From NCBI RefSeq assembly GCF_009914755.1, contig NC_060927.1: a stretch of 64,000 bases of DNA. One strand, written 5' to 3'. This DNA comes from the human T2T-CHM13v2.0 reference genome, Homo sapiens. The notes under the pieces are model-generated. The model saw only the letters and a list, made by a program, of their open reading frames with translations. It was not told where the DNA came from and ran no database searches. The position numbers and the translations under genes are program-made. Shown piece by piece: positions 29,574 to 40,691 of this stretch (position 1 is the first letter of the stretch; every line of letters starts with the position of its first letter).

Positions 29574-32500
29574 TTTTCAAAGAGAATTTTAATGTGAAAA
29601 ATTAGCAGAGATTCTGTCTTCAAAATTAGAGTTTAACATGAGTCTTCCAGTGTTTTAAAAAGAACTGTAATATACATAAAGCAAAATATTTTGGCATCAT
29701 CTAGTGAAAACAGACGATGTGGTATTTTTTCAGCTATCTCATATAGTTAGGCCCCGAGTTATAATTTGAGGTAAGTTGATTCCTAAACAGAATGTGCTTT
29801 ACAGAATGTGACCAATTATATTACTCCCAAGGACCTTGTTTCAGATTATCTTAAAACCAGAGTTCACTGATCTCACATTTTAAAAAGTAAAAAGTTTGTT
29901 AACTGTTTTAATCAACATAAGTAGTAACAAACTTCCCTAATTGGATTCTAGAGAGGAAGCAGGGAAGGCCAGGCGCAGTGGCTCACACCTGTAATCCCAG
30001 CACTTTGGGAGACCGAGGTGGGCGGATCACGAGGTCAGGAGTTCAAGACCAGCCTAGCCAACATAGTGACACCCTGTCTCTACTAAAAATACAAAAAATT
30101 AGCCAGATGTGGTGGCAGGTGCCTGTAATCCCAACTACTCAGGAGGCTGAGGCAGAGAATTGCTTGAACCTGGGAGGCGGAGGATGCAGTGAGCTGAGAT
30201 CACGCCACTGCACTCCAGCCTGGGCGACAGAGCGAGACTCCATCTCAAAAAAAAAAAAAAAAAAAAAAAACGAGAGGAAGCAGGGAACAACTGAGCCAAA
30301 ACAAAATTATCCCCTAAGGACTTCCACATAAATGTGACCTTGTAGAACTAGATACATATTTATCAGGTAAATATGTAATTATTTAGTAATTAGATCAAGA
30401 TACATGAGCAGTCTTTAGCATTAATAATTACATTATTTTTAGGAAATCTTATCAAATATGGTCCTGGATCTCTTAATTTCCTATATGCAGTGATTTTAGT
30501 TAAAATTCCAAAGGATTTTTTTTCTATAACATCTCCATTTCTGAGTATCATCATACCGAAACAATTAGTATTCTCTTATTCAAAGCTTTAGATGTTTGAT
30601 TATTCCCTACCCTTCCGTCCTCACACACACAATAATTGCCCAGATAAATAATAACCTGTGGTTTCAAAGTATCTCACTGGGATTTTTATTTTTTGTACCT
30701 TGCAGGACTAGTCCAAGATTTGAATACCCTGAACTTATTTGGCAAGAGCTATGAGTACTCTTAAAATTACTACCTGGAAATTATATTATTTAGAATCTGC
30801 CAATTACCTAGATCCCTCCTGAACAATCGTTTTACTAATGAACTTCCTGAAAGCACATGTATAAGTATCATAACTCTAAGAAAATGTTTCAAATGTTATT
30901 ATATTTGATAGAACCATTCAGTTAACAAAATACTAAATCATAAACTGGCTTTTAGAATTACACACTCAAAAAAGCAGTACACTACAAGAGTTGTTTTGTA
31001 CACTTCATTCTCTTTGAATGCCTTTGTGGCTTACAGTGATGATCACATATATTACTTCCTTGCAACATTTTTCATTTTGATCTTCGTTTGTAATGGATAA
31101 CTGGGTTTTCAGGGGTGTGAATCATAGTTGTATAATTCACGGTGGGAAAGTATCCATCAATGAGATCAAATTCATATAAACGAAGCATAGTGGACCAAAT
31201 TGTCTTAATTTGAACATAGGCAAAATTTTCCCCAGTACAACCATGATGCCCAGCTCCAAATGGCACATAGGCAAACTTTTCCCTTGATGCTGGGTTATCC
31301 TATAAGTAGCGATCAGGATTAAAGTCCAGGTGTTCTACCCATGAATCTTTAAGTCTTTGATTGACAGTAGGAGAAACACACACCTGATGTCCCGGAGGAA
31401 TGGTATACCCTGCCACAGTTTTAGGAATTCTGGCCATTCTCATCATGATCATTACAGGATGTCTAAGTCTTAATGTTTCTTTTATACAGCGATCAAGTAA
31501 ATTTAGATCCTTGAGCTGGTCATAAGTTAAAGGAGGCAGATTCTCTCCACAGACTGTTTTCTGTTCTAAATAACATTTTTCTTGAAGTGTTTTGTCTCTG
31601 GTCAAAAAGAAGCCCATCTAAGCACTAGTTGAGGATGTATGCTGCTCTGCCAAGAGTAATCCAGTAAGCATCCCTGCTACTTCATCATCAGTCAAAGGAC
31701 GCCCATCCTTGTATGTAGCATCTAGTAAAGTTTGGAGAATGTCATCAATTTTTTCTTGAGACTGTCTGCGTTTCTGGATTGCCTTATAGAAAATATCCTT
31801 GATTTCCTGATGAGCTCTGTCCCTGCGTCTGAAACTAGGCAAAGGCAGCCAACCTGGTAAGAGCCAGGCTGCATGGCTGAAACCTCCATCCAAATCTGCA
31901 TACAGCTGTGCTACCTTTTCATTGTGTTGACTTCTGATTTCCTTTCCATGCAAATAATGGCTAGCTGTTAAAATTATGAGCTCAGAAAGAGCTGCAAACA
32001 CATTTTTTTCTCCACTTTCTCCCCAACTCTCAAAGTATTCCTTTGTTTCTTTTTCAATTATAGAAACATGCTATTTAAAGTGGGCTATATTAAGGCCACT
32101 TTTTAACATTTTCTTCTGCTCCAAGAAAACTGGATTAGGCACATCGTATGCAACTCCCTACCCAAACACAGGTGTTGTCAGGCGACTGTAGACATCTTCT
32201 GCATTCAGGACTTCATTTTTACTATTAAAAAGCAGTGCAGCAGCATCACTACCCAGAAGGTAAGTAAATGCCTTGCCTACCATGATAAAACTAAATACAG
32301 GTCCATAATTCCCATATGCATTTTCTAGAAATTCAGTTGGACTTTTCCCAAATGCTATGGCATGCCCAAGGAAAGGAACTGGGGAGAAAATGTACGGAGG
32401 ACTTTTCGCCCCTGCGGTCAGCTGGACCAGGTGGCCGGCAGCGAGACGGAACAAGTAGACCAGGCTGAGGGTGAAGGCGCAGGCGATCAGCAGCATGGAC

Positions 32501-32715
32501 AAGAGGTTGCCGCCTGCCACCTCCTCCATCGCCTGGCCCAGCACCTACCCACCCGCCTGTAGCAAGCCCAGCAGCATCATCCCGGCCGCCGCCGCCATTT
32601 CACTCTGTCGGAGACACTGAAGGCCGAGGTCGCCACCGCTCCTCCTAATCGACGGAGCAAGAGAAGCTGGCAGATGGTCGTCCACAGGCAGCCCCGGCCC
32701 CCAGGTCTCCTACTC
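29574..32715 (-). pseudogene. CYP51A1P1: Processed pseudogene of lanosterol 14-alpha-demethylase CYP51A1 (5' UTR, CDS 32598-31072, 1.5-kb 3' UTR)
   Basis: Intronless. Same-frame ORF pieces translate to CYP51 ([22 protein letters not shown], FGAGxHxC, KRRSK). Premature TAG at 32547-32545, 32160-32158, 32073-32071, 31620-31618 and 31302-31300. ATTAAA at 29593-29588. TSD aaaagtatatttcttt at 29558-29573 and 32716-32731. P1 rather than P2 is inferred from the multiple point-mutation stops and the absence of an L1 insert or frameshift (recalled, unverified). Confidence 0.95.
29967..30270 (+). mobile_element. AluSg-like, inside the pseudogene 3' UTR (antisense to it)
   Basis: Full dimer 'ggatcacgaggtcaggagttcaagacc'; perfect 16-bp TSD gagaggaagcagggaa at 29951-29966 and 30272-30287. 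Confidence 0.93.
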
Positions 32716-32959
32716 AAAAGTATATTTCTTTATTCAATAACTATTTATGGAGTACATACCATGTAGCAAGCACTGTTTCAGTTAACAGGGATATTCATTG
32801 ACAAATATACAAATATTTCTCACTTTCAGTGGGTTTGTATTCTAATTTGGGACTCAGAAAGTACACAGATAGACGCACACACACGTACACAGTATAATAT
32901 AATAAATACAATGTAATCATAGAGACACTGGTAGATACATGTTATACAAAAAATAAAGG

Positions 32960-33620
32960 AAGTTTACTGAATCAAATGGCAGTACAATTTTTAGTTATTA
33001 GAGAATCTCCATAGAGGTCGTGCTAATTTACAGTACCACTAGTATTTTGTAAGTGTTCTCTTTTCTGTGTGTAGTAATCAACCTAGGTGTCTGTCAACAA
33101 ATGATTGGATAAAGGAAATGTAACACACATATATATATATATATAAAACATATATATCTCATATAATATATAAAGTATGTGTAACATATATAACATATAA
33201 CATATATAACATATAAAATATATGTAACATATATATTTCATACACACACACGTTGGAATACTACTCAGTTATAAAAATATTAAATCATTTTCTTTACAGT
33301 CACATGGATGAAACTGGAAGCCATTATCCTAAGTGAAATAACTCAGAAATAGAAAGTCAAAAACTGCATATTTTCACTTATAAGTGGGAGCTAAACAATG
33401 GGTACACGTGAACATATAGAATGGAATAATCAATATTAAAGACTCCAAAAGGGAGGAGGGTGAGACGATCAGAGGGGGACGAGGGCTGAGAAATTATCTA
33501 CTGGGTACACTGTTCACTATTTAGGTGATAGTTTCAGTAAAATCATAGATATCACCTGTACACAATATCTCCATATAAAAAAACTGCACTCATACTCCAT
33601 AAATGTATTAAAATAAAAAT
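32960..33620 (+). mobile_element. Short 5'-inverted L1 (L1PB/L1MA) 3' end with internal (TA)n tract
   Basis: ~32960-33068 is antisense L1 ('gagaatctccata...gctaatttaca'); ~33072-33620 is sense L1 3' end ('ggatgaaactggaagccattatcctaagtgaaataactcag'). Confidence 0.7.
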
Positions 33621-33894
33621 AGAGGTTAATTGGAAAAGACTGAAGTCGGGAGGATTATTACAAGTAGAATGATCAAAAACACTTCTCAAGATATAAAATT
33701 TGGACAGCTTGTAAATTAAAATTGTTAAAATATATAATTGGAAAGTTTGTGAGAAGAATTTTCCAAGCAGGAAAAACAGAAATTCATATGCCCTGACATG
33801 GGAACAAACTTGTCATGTAGCAAGAAAATTGAGGCCACTAATGCGAATGCATGGAATAAAGGGGAAAGAGTGTTAGAATTGGGCATTGGAATTC

Positions 33895-34399
33895 AGCAGT
33901 AGCCAAGGGCCATTAAAAGATGTTCACATTCGAATCCCTGGAACTTTTGAATATGTTATGTTACATGGCAAACGGGAATTAAAATTTCAGATAGAACTAA
34001 ATTTGTTTATCAGCTTATTTTGAAATGGGGAATATACAGTAGATTATCTGGGTGGGCACAGTATAATCACAGATTTCTTTATAAGTAAAAGAGGGAACCA
34101 GAAAAGTCAGTGTCAGAGGACTACAATAGGAAAGACTCAATAGTCATTGCTGACTTAAAGACAGAAGAGATCCATCAACCAGAGACTACATAGGCAGCAC
34201 CTTGAGAACTGTGAAAAGAAAAGAAATGGATCTCCCCTAGAGCCTCAGGAAGGAATGCAGACCTCAACACATCTTCACTGTAGCCCAGTGAAATCCATTT
34301 TGCATTTCTAATCTCCAGGACTATAAGATAATACATTTGTGTTGATTTAAGTGTTATGTTTCTGTTTCTGTTTTACTGCAGTGTTAGGAAACAAATACA
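33895..34399 (+). mobile_element. MLT1B-D-like MaLR LTR
   Basis: 'aaagatgttcacattcgaatccctggaac...gaatatgttatgttacatggcaaa...ctcccctagagcctc...ggaaacaaataca'. Confidence 0.8.
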
Positions 34400-35567
34400 G
34401 GCTTCTCATCTAGGGCCTTTTCAGAGGCCTTCAGTAGCACTTTGGGTTTTGTTCTAACTTTATAGGAACCCACCACAACATAGTTGGCAAGAAAATAATA
34501 CAATATACCTTATTGATTTACAACAATATTCTAGCTAACCCATAGAGGGTAGTTCAGAAGGGATTATCAATTTAAGCAACAAGATCTGTTAGAAAGATAT
34601 TGTAATAGTCCAGATGAAAGGATATGAAGGCCTTATATTTTAAATAGAAAGCAACTGTAGGACTGGTAAGAGCTGTAGTTCATAGATGGTGATATAGATT
34701 GTGTCCAAAAGTGATAGCTGAGGGTTGAGGAAAAAAAAAAAAAAAGGAATCAGTGAATACATGCTATCTAAAGTCAGGGGACTGGAAGTGAATACCTTGG
34801 TAGAATATAGATGAAGAAGAAAAGTGGTAGAGGGACTAAGCCATGGAAATATTCTTAATCAGAGGCTGGGATAAAGAAGATCCAGAAAATTAGAACCCAT
34901 AAGAAATGACTTAAGAAGTAAGTTGAAGTCTAGTAAAGTACGTATGTCCTGAAATAAAAATTTAAAAACTATTTCTAAAAAGTAGGAATGATTCATTGAG
35001 TCCAATGCCACTGAAAAACAAGATAGTAATTTGAGAATCAAGAATTAACCATTGTCACACAGGATTATTTTGCAACATTAAAATATATATATTTAATAAA
35101 ATTATGAGGAAAATGCCTTCTTAATCTGAATTTAAGAGAAAATGTGAGGTGAAGAAATAAATGTTGTCAGCTGTTTTTAATATTTAATATTTGCTTCTAT
35201 ATTGAAAATGTTCATTCCCTGAAAATTCCAGGAAGAAAAATTAGAGGAAGTGAAAGAAAACTTGAAATTAATAGTGGGAACTTACAATTATTGAATAATT
35301 ATAATATTTTAATTTACTAAACTTAATTGGTTCCAAGAAACATAATTTTAATATAATAATCCCAGGACATCCTACAATAGGATAAATAGATAGGGATAGA
35401 TAATATGTGTGGATTTGTCTATCTGTCTATCTACCAGCTTAATTAATTTCAGGATCACAATGTTACTAAGTAAAAGAGAAACTTAACATTTTAAAAATTG
35501 CTTTAACTATTTGTACCTCCTTTTTTATTTTCATTAGAAAACTGGGACTTTAAAGAAACTGTAAATT

Positions 35568-35868
35568 GATCAGGCATTGGGGCTCACACCTGTAATCTCA
35601 ATGCTTTGGGAGGCTGAGATAGGAGGATTGCTTGAAGCTATAAGTTTGAGAGCAGCCAGGGCAACATAGTGAGACCTCATCAGTATAAAAAATAAAATAA
35701 AATTAACCAAGTGTGGTGTCATATGCCTGTAATCCTAGCTACTCAGGAGTCTGAAGAGGGAGGATCACTTGAGCCTAGGAGTTCCAGGTTATAGTGAGCT
35801 GTGATCACTCCAGCCTGGGTGACAAACCAAGACTTTGTTTCAAAAAAAAAAAAAAAAAAAAAAAAAAA
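35568..35868 (+). mobile_element. AluJ
   Basis: 'ggaggattgcttgaag...gggcaacatagtgagacc...ggatcacttgagcctagg', long A tail. Confidence 0.9.
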
Positions 35869-35959
35869 GATATGGTACTTGCTATAAATTAATTGAAAAT
35901 GTTTTAAACATTTGCTGAAAAACAAATTATGCCAACATGTCCTTAGTTAAACATGTGGT

Positions 35960-37505
35960 ATCAGAAATCAAATTTCCAGAGAGATGTCTGCAAAATTTGT
36001 AAACTAGAAAGCCCCTGGCTCTCATTCTGTCATAGAAACGTTTTAAAAAATAAAACCACAACAACTCCCAAAAACTAAACTTGAGGCTGGCTAAAGAAAC
36101 TTTATGAGAACTCTTAAAAACAGTTAAACGCCTGCAGAGAGCAAGAAAACATCCATCAGAAGACAGTCACATTCAAAACAGTCAGAAATTTAATGGCATT
36201 TTTAGTCTTCCTTGCCCTGCTATCTCCTCAGCCTGGTAAAATCTTCCTCTGAAAGAGGCAGTATCCTAGTCCTTAATACTCTCATTTTAATGGAAAGGAG
36301 AAAATTCCTTATTTGCAATGTACCAATCTGTCTGGAGGCAGCCAGAAGGACTGGTCTCTCTTCCAACCAACTCAGGTTGGAGCTCAGGTGAGAGAGTAGA
36401 ATATAGTGTTCTAACTTGGACCTCAGGCAGCACTTGAATCCAAATGCTGCTTGGGAAAACTGCAGGGAGACAAAGAATCACAGACTAGGGCAAGAAATTA
36501 GAGGAGAAGACACAAGAGACCATGTAAGGCCCCTCAAAATCTATGAAAAATCTCTTCAGGAAATTAGGGAATTCAAAAGCATCTGTGTATACAGGATAAT
36601 CAAAAAAGCCACACTCATGCCCAGAGAAAAGATGAACACTCAGAAAAGTTATAAAACTATGTAAAGTTTTTACCTTAGGCTGATCACAAAGAGTAAAGCA
36701 TACCCAACTAACAAGCAGAAGTCTGTCTCAACATGTTTGCTAAAACTGGAAGAGGTTGACGATTTATTTTAATGACCAATTTTTCAAAACAAAAAAATTA
36801 CAAGGCACAAAAGAAACAAGGAAACATAGACCCTTCAAAGAAAAAAATAATTCCAGATTGCATTCCTGAGGATAGATGGATACTAGATTTGCTAGACCAA
36901 GACTTTAACAAAAACAAAATTGTCTTAAATATGCTCAAATAGCTAAAGGAAAACTTGCACAAAGAACTAATTAAATTAGGAAAATGGTAGATGAAAAAAT
37001 GTGAATTTCAACAAGGAGATGTAAAATTATTAAAAAGAACCAAACAAAAATCTGAAGCTAAAAATTACAATAACTGAATTGAAAATTTACTAGAGCATCT
37101 CAACATCAGATTCGAACATGCAAAAAAAATCCATGAACTGAAGATAATACATTTGAAATTATTGATTGTGAGGAGCATAGAGCAAAAAAGAACAAAGAAA
37201 ACTTAACAGAGCCTAAGGGACATATATCATACCATCAAGCAGACCAATGTACAAATTATAGAAGTCTTAGAAAGAGAAGAGAGAGGTGGAGAGACTTCAA
37301 AGAAATGATAGCTGAAAATTTTTCTAATTTAAAGAAAGACATAAATATGCATATGTAAGAAACTCAACAAGCTACACAGCATAAGTCCAAAGACAAATTA
37401 TAAACTTTTGAAAGACAAAGATGAGAGGAGAATCTAGAAAAAGCAAGAGAAGTGCAACTCACCACATCCAAGGGATTCTCAATAAGAATAGCAGGCAACT
37501 TCTAT
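35960..37505 (+). mobile_element. Old L1M 5' UTR/ORF1 fragment
   Basis: 'aaagaaacaaggaaacatagaccc', 'gtcttaaatatgctcaaa', 'accatcaagcagaccaat', 'gaaactcaacaa'. Confidence 0.7.
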
Positions 37506-37514
37506 TTTGTTTTT

Positions 37515-37925
37515 TAGGGGGCTAAACTAATATACAATCTCACCACGGTGTATACACATATCCTTTTCTCTGCAACATTGCCAACATCTGTTATTTTTTG
37601 ACTTTTTGATAGAAACCATTCTGATGTGTGAGATGGTATTTCATGGTGTTTTTGATTTGCATTTCTCTGATGATTAGTGATGCTGAAATTTTTTTCATAC
37701 ATTCATTGCCTAATCATATGTTTCTTTTGAGAAGTGTCTGTTCATGTCTTTTACCCACTTTTTACTAGGATTGTTTGTTTTACCCTTGTTGATTTGTTTA
37801 AGTTCCTTATAGATTCTGGATTTTATAGCTTTGTTGAAGGCATAGTTTGCAAATATTTTCTCACATTCTGTAGGTTGCTGTATACTCTGTTGATAGTCAG
37901 TTGCTATGCAGAAGGTTTTTAGTCT
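37515..37925 (-). mobile_element. L1 ORF2 3' fragment
   Basis: Translation CEKIFANYAFNKAIKSRIYKELKQINK...[14 protein letters not shown]. Confidence 0.9.
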
Positions 37926-37966
37926 CAGCTGAAACTTTGAAGGCCATAGGCAGTTGGATAAAACAC

Positions 37967-39100
37967 AACCGTATGTCACATGGAAATGAGACACATTCTG
38001 AGAATTATGTCATTAGGTGATTTTCACCAGCGTGTGAACATCATAGAGTATACTTATGCAAACCTAGATGGTATAGCCTAACACATCTAGTCTCTATTGA
38101 ATAGTTTCTTTCTCCTAGGCTACAAACCTATACAGCATGTTGCTGCACTGAATAATGTAACAATTGTAACACACTGGCATTTGTGTATCTAAACATAGAA
38201 AAGGTGCAGTAAAAATGCAATGTAATAATAAAAAGATGGTAAGCATGTATAGGGTACTTTCCATGAATGGAGCTTGCAGGACTGGAAGTTGCTCTAGGTG
38301 AGTCAGGGAGTGAGTAGTGAGTAAATATGAAGGCCTAGGATATCATTGTACACTACTCTAGACTTTATAAACACTACACTAAGGCTAAACTCGATTTATT
38401 AAAAATTCCTTTTTTAATCATAAATCTTAGTTTAAATTTTTACTTTGTAAACATTAATTTTAAAATGTTTCAATCCTGTAGTAACAGTTAAAACACAAAC
38501 ACATTATACAACTGTACAAAAATATTTAATTTCACTTTACTTTTAAGCTTTTTGGCTAAAAAGTAAGACACAAACACACACATTAGCCTAGGCCTACAGA
38601 GGGTTAGGATCATCAATATCACTGTCTTCCACCTTCAAATCTTGTCCCAAGGGAAGGTCTTCAGGAGAAATAACACGCACGGAGCTGTCATTTCCTATAA
38701 TAACAATGCCTTCTTCTGGGATACCTCCTGAAGGACTTGCCTGAGGCTGTTTCAAAGTTAACCTTTTTTAAAAAAAATAAGTAGAAGGAATATACTCTAA
38801 AATAATAATAAAAGTATAGTTCAGTACATACATAAACCAGTATCATAGGCATTTATTATCATTATTAATTTATCTGTAATGCACGTAAATGTTTAATACT
38901 TTCATACAACTGGCAATGTAGCAGGTTTGTTTACAACAGCATCACCACAAACACATGAGCAATGCATTGTGCTATGATGTTACAACGGCTACAATTTCAC
39001 TAGATGATAGGAAACTTTTTGCTCCATTAAAATGGAAAGGAACCACTGTCGTATATGTGGTTTTTCATTGACCAAATTGTCGTTATGCAGTGCCTGACTG
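37967..39100 (-). mobile_element. Tigger3b/MER7 (TcMar-Tigger) non-autonomous DNA transposon
   Basis: 'gaacatcatagagtatacttatgcaaacctagatggtatagcct', 'ggagcttgcaggactggaagttgctct'; right end 'cgttatgcagtgcctgactg' followed by TA. Confidence 0.85.
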
Positions 39101-39255
39101 TATTTAAAGTGCCAGGGGTGAGGGGAACAGTCAACTGAGAATACTATAAGGATTTTTATATAAATACAAAAGAAACATGTACAATTAGAGTAAAAAAAGG
39201 CTTCAAAGATTTTTATTTGAGTTTTATTGAATTTATAGATCAATTAGGGTACAAT

Positions 39256-40565
39256 TGTTATGGGATCTTTGGGGTGTCTTTTCTGGCTGGAAACCTCTGT
39301 GACCAGTGGTGCCTTTGCCAGAGTTTTGCTCAGGCCTGCTGGGGCCAATCAGCCTGGCAGGATGTTCTTGGCTTATGCTACTGGCCTGGATCCCATAGTT
39401 GGCAAGGGAGACTGCATGGAGTGGTGAGGGGTATGTGAGCGAGGGTGAAGGCTGGCCACTGTGCAATCAGACATACTGGCTGCTGCAGCAGGTCAGGCAG
39501 CTCCAGGTTCCAGCATGGGTGCTGGCTTTCTGTGCGGCAGTGGCCAGACCATGCACACTGCAAGTAGCATCCACAGCTGGCACCAGAGAACATGATGGTT
39601 CCTGGAAGCTAGGAGATGCCAGGAACCACAGGGCCCCAAATAGGAAGTCACAGCCCCGGCTCGCAGACTTCCCAAGCCTGGGCTTCCCAAAGGGGCTGTT
39701 GCTCTTATTTTCTTCTCTTCACCCACAACGTGGTGAGCAAGGGGCATGTCTCAGATCTGTTCATGTTACAGCTCTTTTAGTCTCATTCAGCAGGTCCCGA
39801 GTTCTTGTCCTGCACCCAGGAAGAATGAAGTACACAGACAAGTGGAGGGTGAGCAAGACAAAAAGGAACTTTATTGAGCAACAATAGCTCAGAGGAGGCC
39901 CTGGAGTGGGTAGCTCCTCTTTGAAGCTGGTTGTCCCAGACATCTGCTCAGCTCTGGCTGAGTCTAAGACTTTTATGGGCTTCAGAGGGGAGAAAATGCA
40001 TGCTGATTGGTCCATGAGCAGCCATGGACAGGCCTGGAAAAGGCACCACAAGTTCCCACTCTGGTCTGTGGGAGTGGGACTGGAAGCCCAGCCCCCAGCC
40101 TTCCGGCATACCTGGCCTGAAAGTTGGGCCTCACCAGGCACCCACCCCCTTCTGCTCAGGAACCTGTCTGCCTCCTGCTGCCATTGATGGCATCAAGGCT
40201 TGGCCCCAACTTTGTTCCAAGGTTGCATGGGTGCTGACAGCAGTGAGAAGCTAGATAGCAGGAGCAGGCACTTCTGAGCCTACAAGGGCAGAGGGCTTCC
40301 TGGCCCCTCAAAGTGTAGGGATGCCACAGTTTGAGTGGCTCCAGCTGCTTTTGGGGTTGGCTGGGGGGAAGCTGAGCTCCTGCCAGCTCTGTGGAGTGGG
40401 AAGCCTGGGTCTGAAGTACCATTTAGGTGACTGCAGCTGTTCCTGGGGTGGGGCAGGGCTCCCCGCTGCTCCTGAGCTCTATGGAGTGTGCAGCCCTGGC
40501 CATGCCTCCCTGCTGCAGATGGCATGATGGCAGCAGCAGGCCATTTGGAGCAGCCACTGCCATCA
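39256..40565 (-). mobile_element. MER52-family (ERV1) solo LTR
   Basis: Minus strand starts TGATGGCAG and ends 'ccccaaagatcccataaca'. CCAAT 40010-40006, CATAAAA 39977-39971, AATAAA 39875-39870. TSD caat/taat. Confidence 0.85.
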
Positions 40566-40691
40566 TAATGATAACAATATTACTTTGATATGCTATTTCT
40601 TAATTGTTTAGTTGTTCTTCACTTTCAACAATATTTTATAGTTTCAGTATATTAATATATCTAACATCTTTTAAATTAAATGTATTATTAA

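Larger units (their letters stand above)
32725..35160 (-). mobile_element. L2 element (3' end at ~32730), split by L1 and MLT1 insertions
   Basis: 'attcaataactatttatggagtacataccatgtagcaagcactgttt' matches the reverse of the L2a 3' end; L2-like sequence resumes at ~33630-33890 and ~34400-35160. Confidence 0.65.

Noticed and set aside
31072-32598. Functional CYP51A1 gene or expressed retrogene
   Set aside because: No introns, five premature stops, altered I-helix and heme-loop residues, flanking TSD
33125-33250. (TA/CATA)n palindromic-looking tract
   Set aside because: Common microsatellite expansion at a typical position in L1 3' regions
39217-40527. ORF cluster up to 162 aa
   Set aside because: Same artefact in the second MER52 LTR
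14759-40565. The two MER52 LTRs as ends of one provirus, or evidence of a past inversion
   Set aside because: Opposite orientation, and each has its own self-consistent TSD (atat/atgt; caat/taat)
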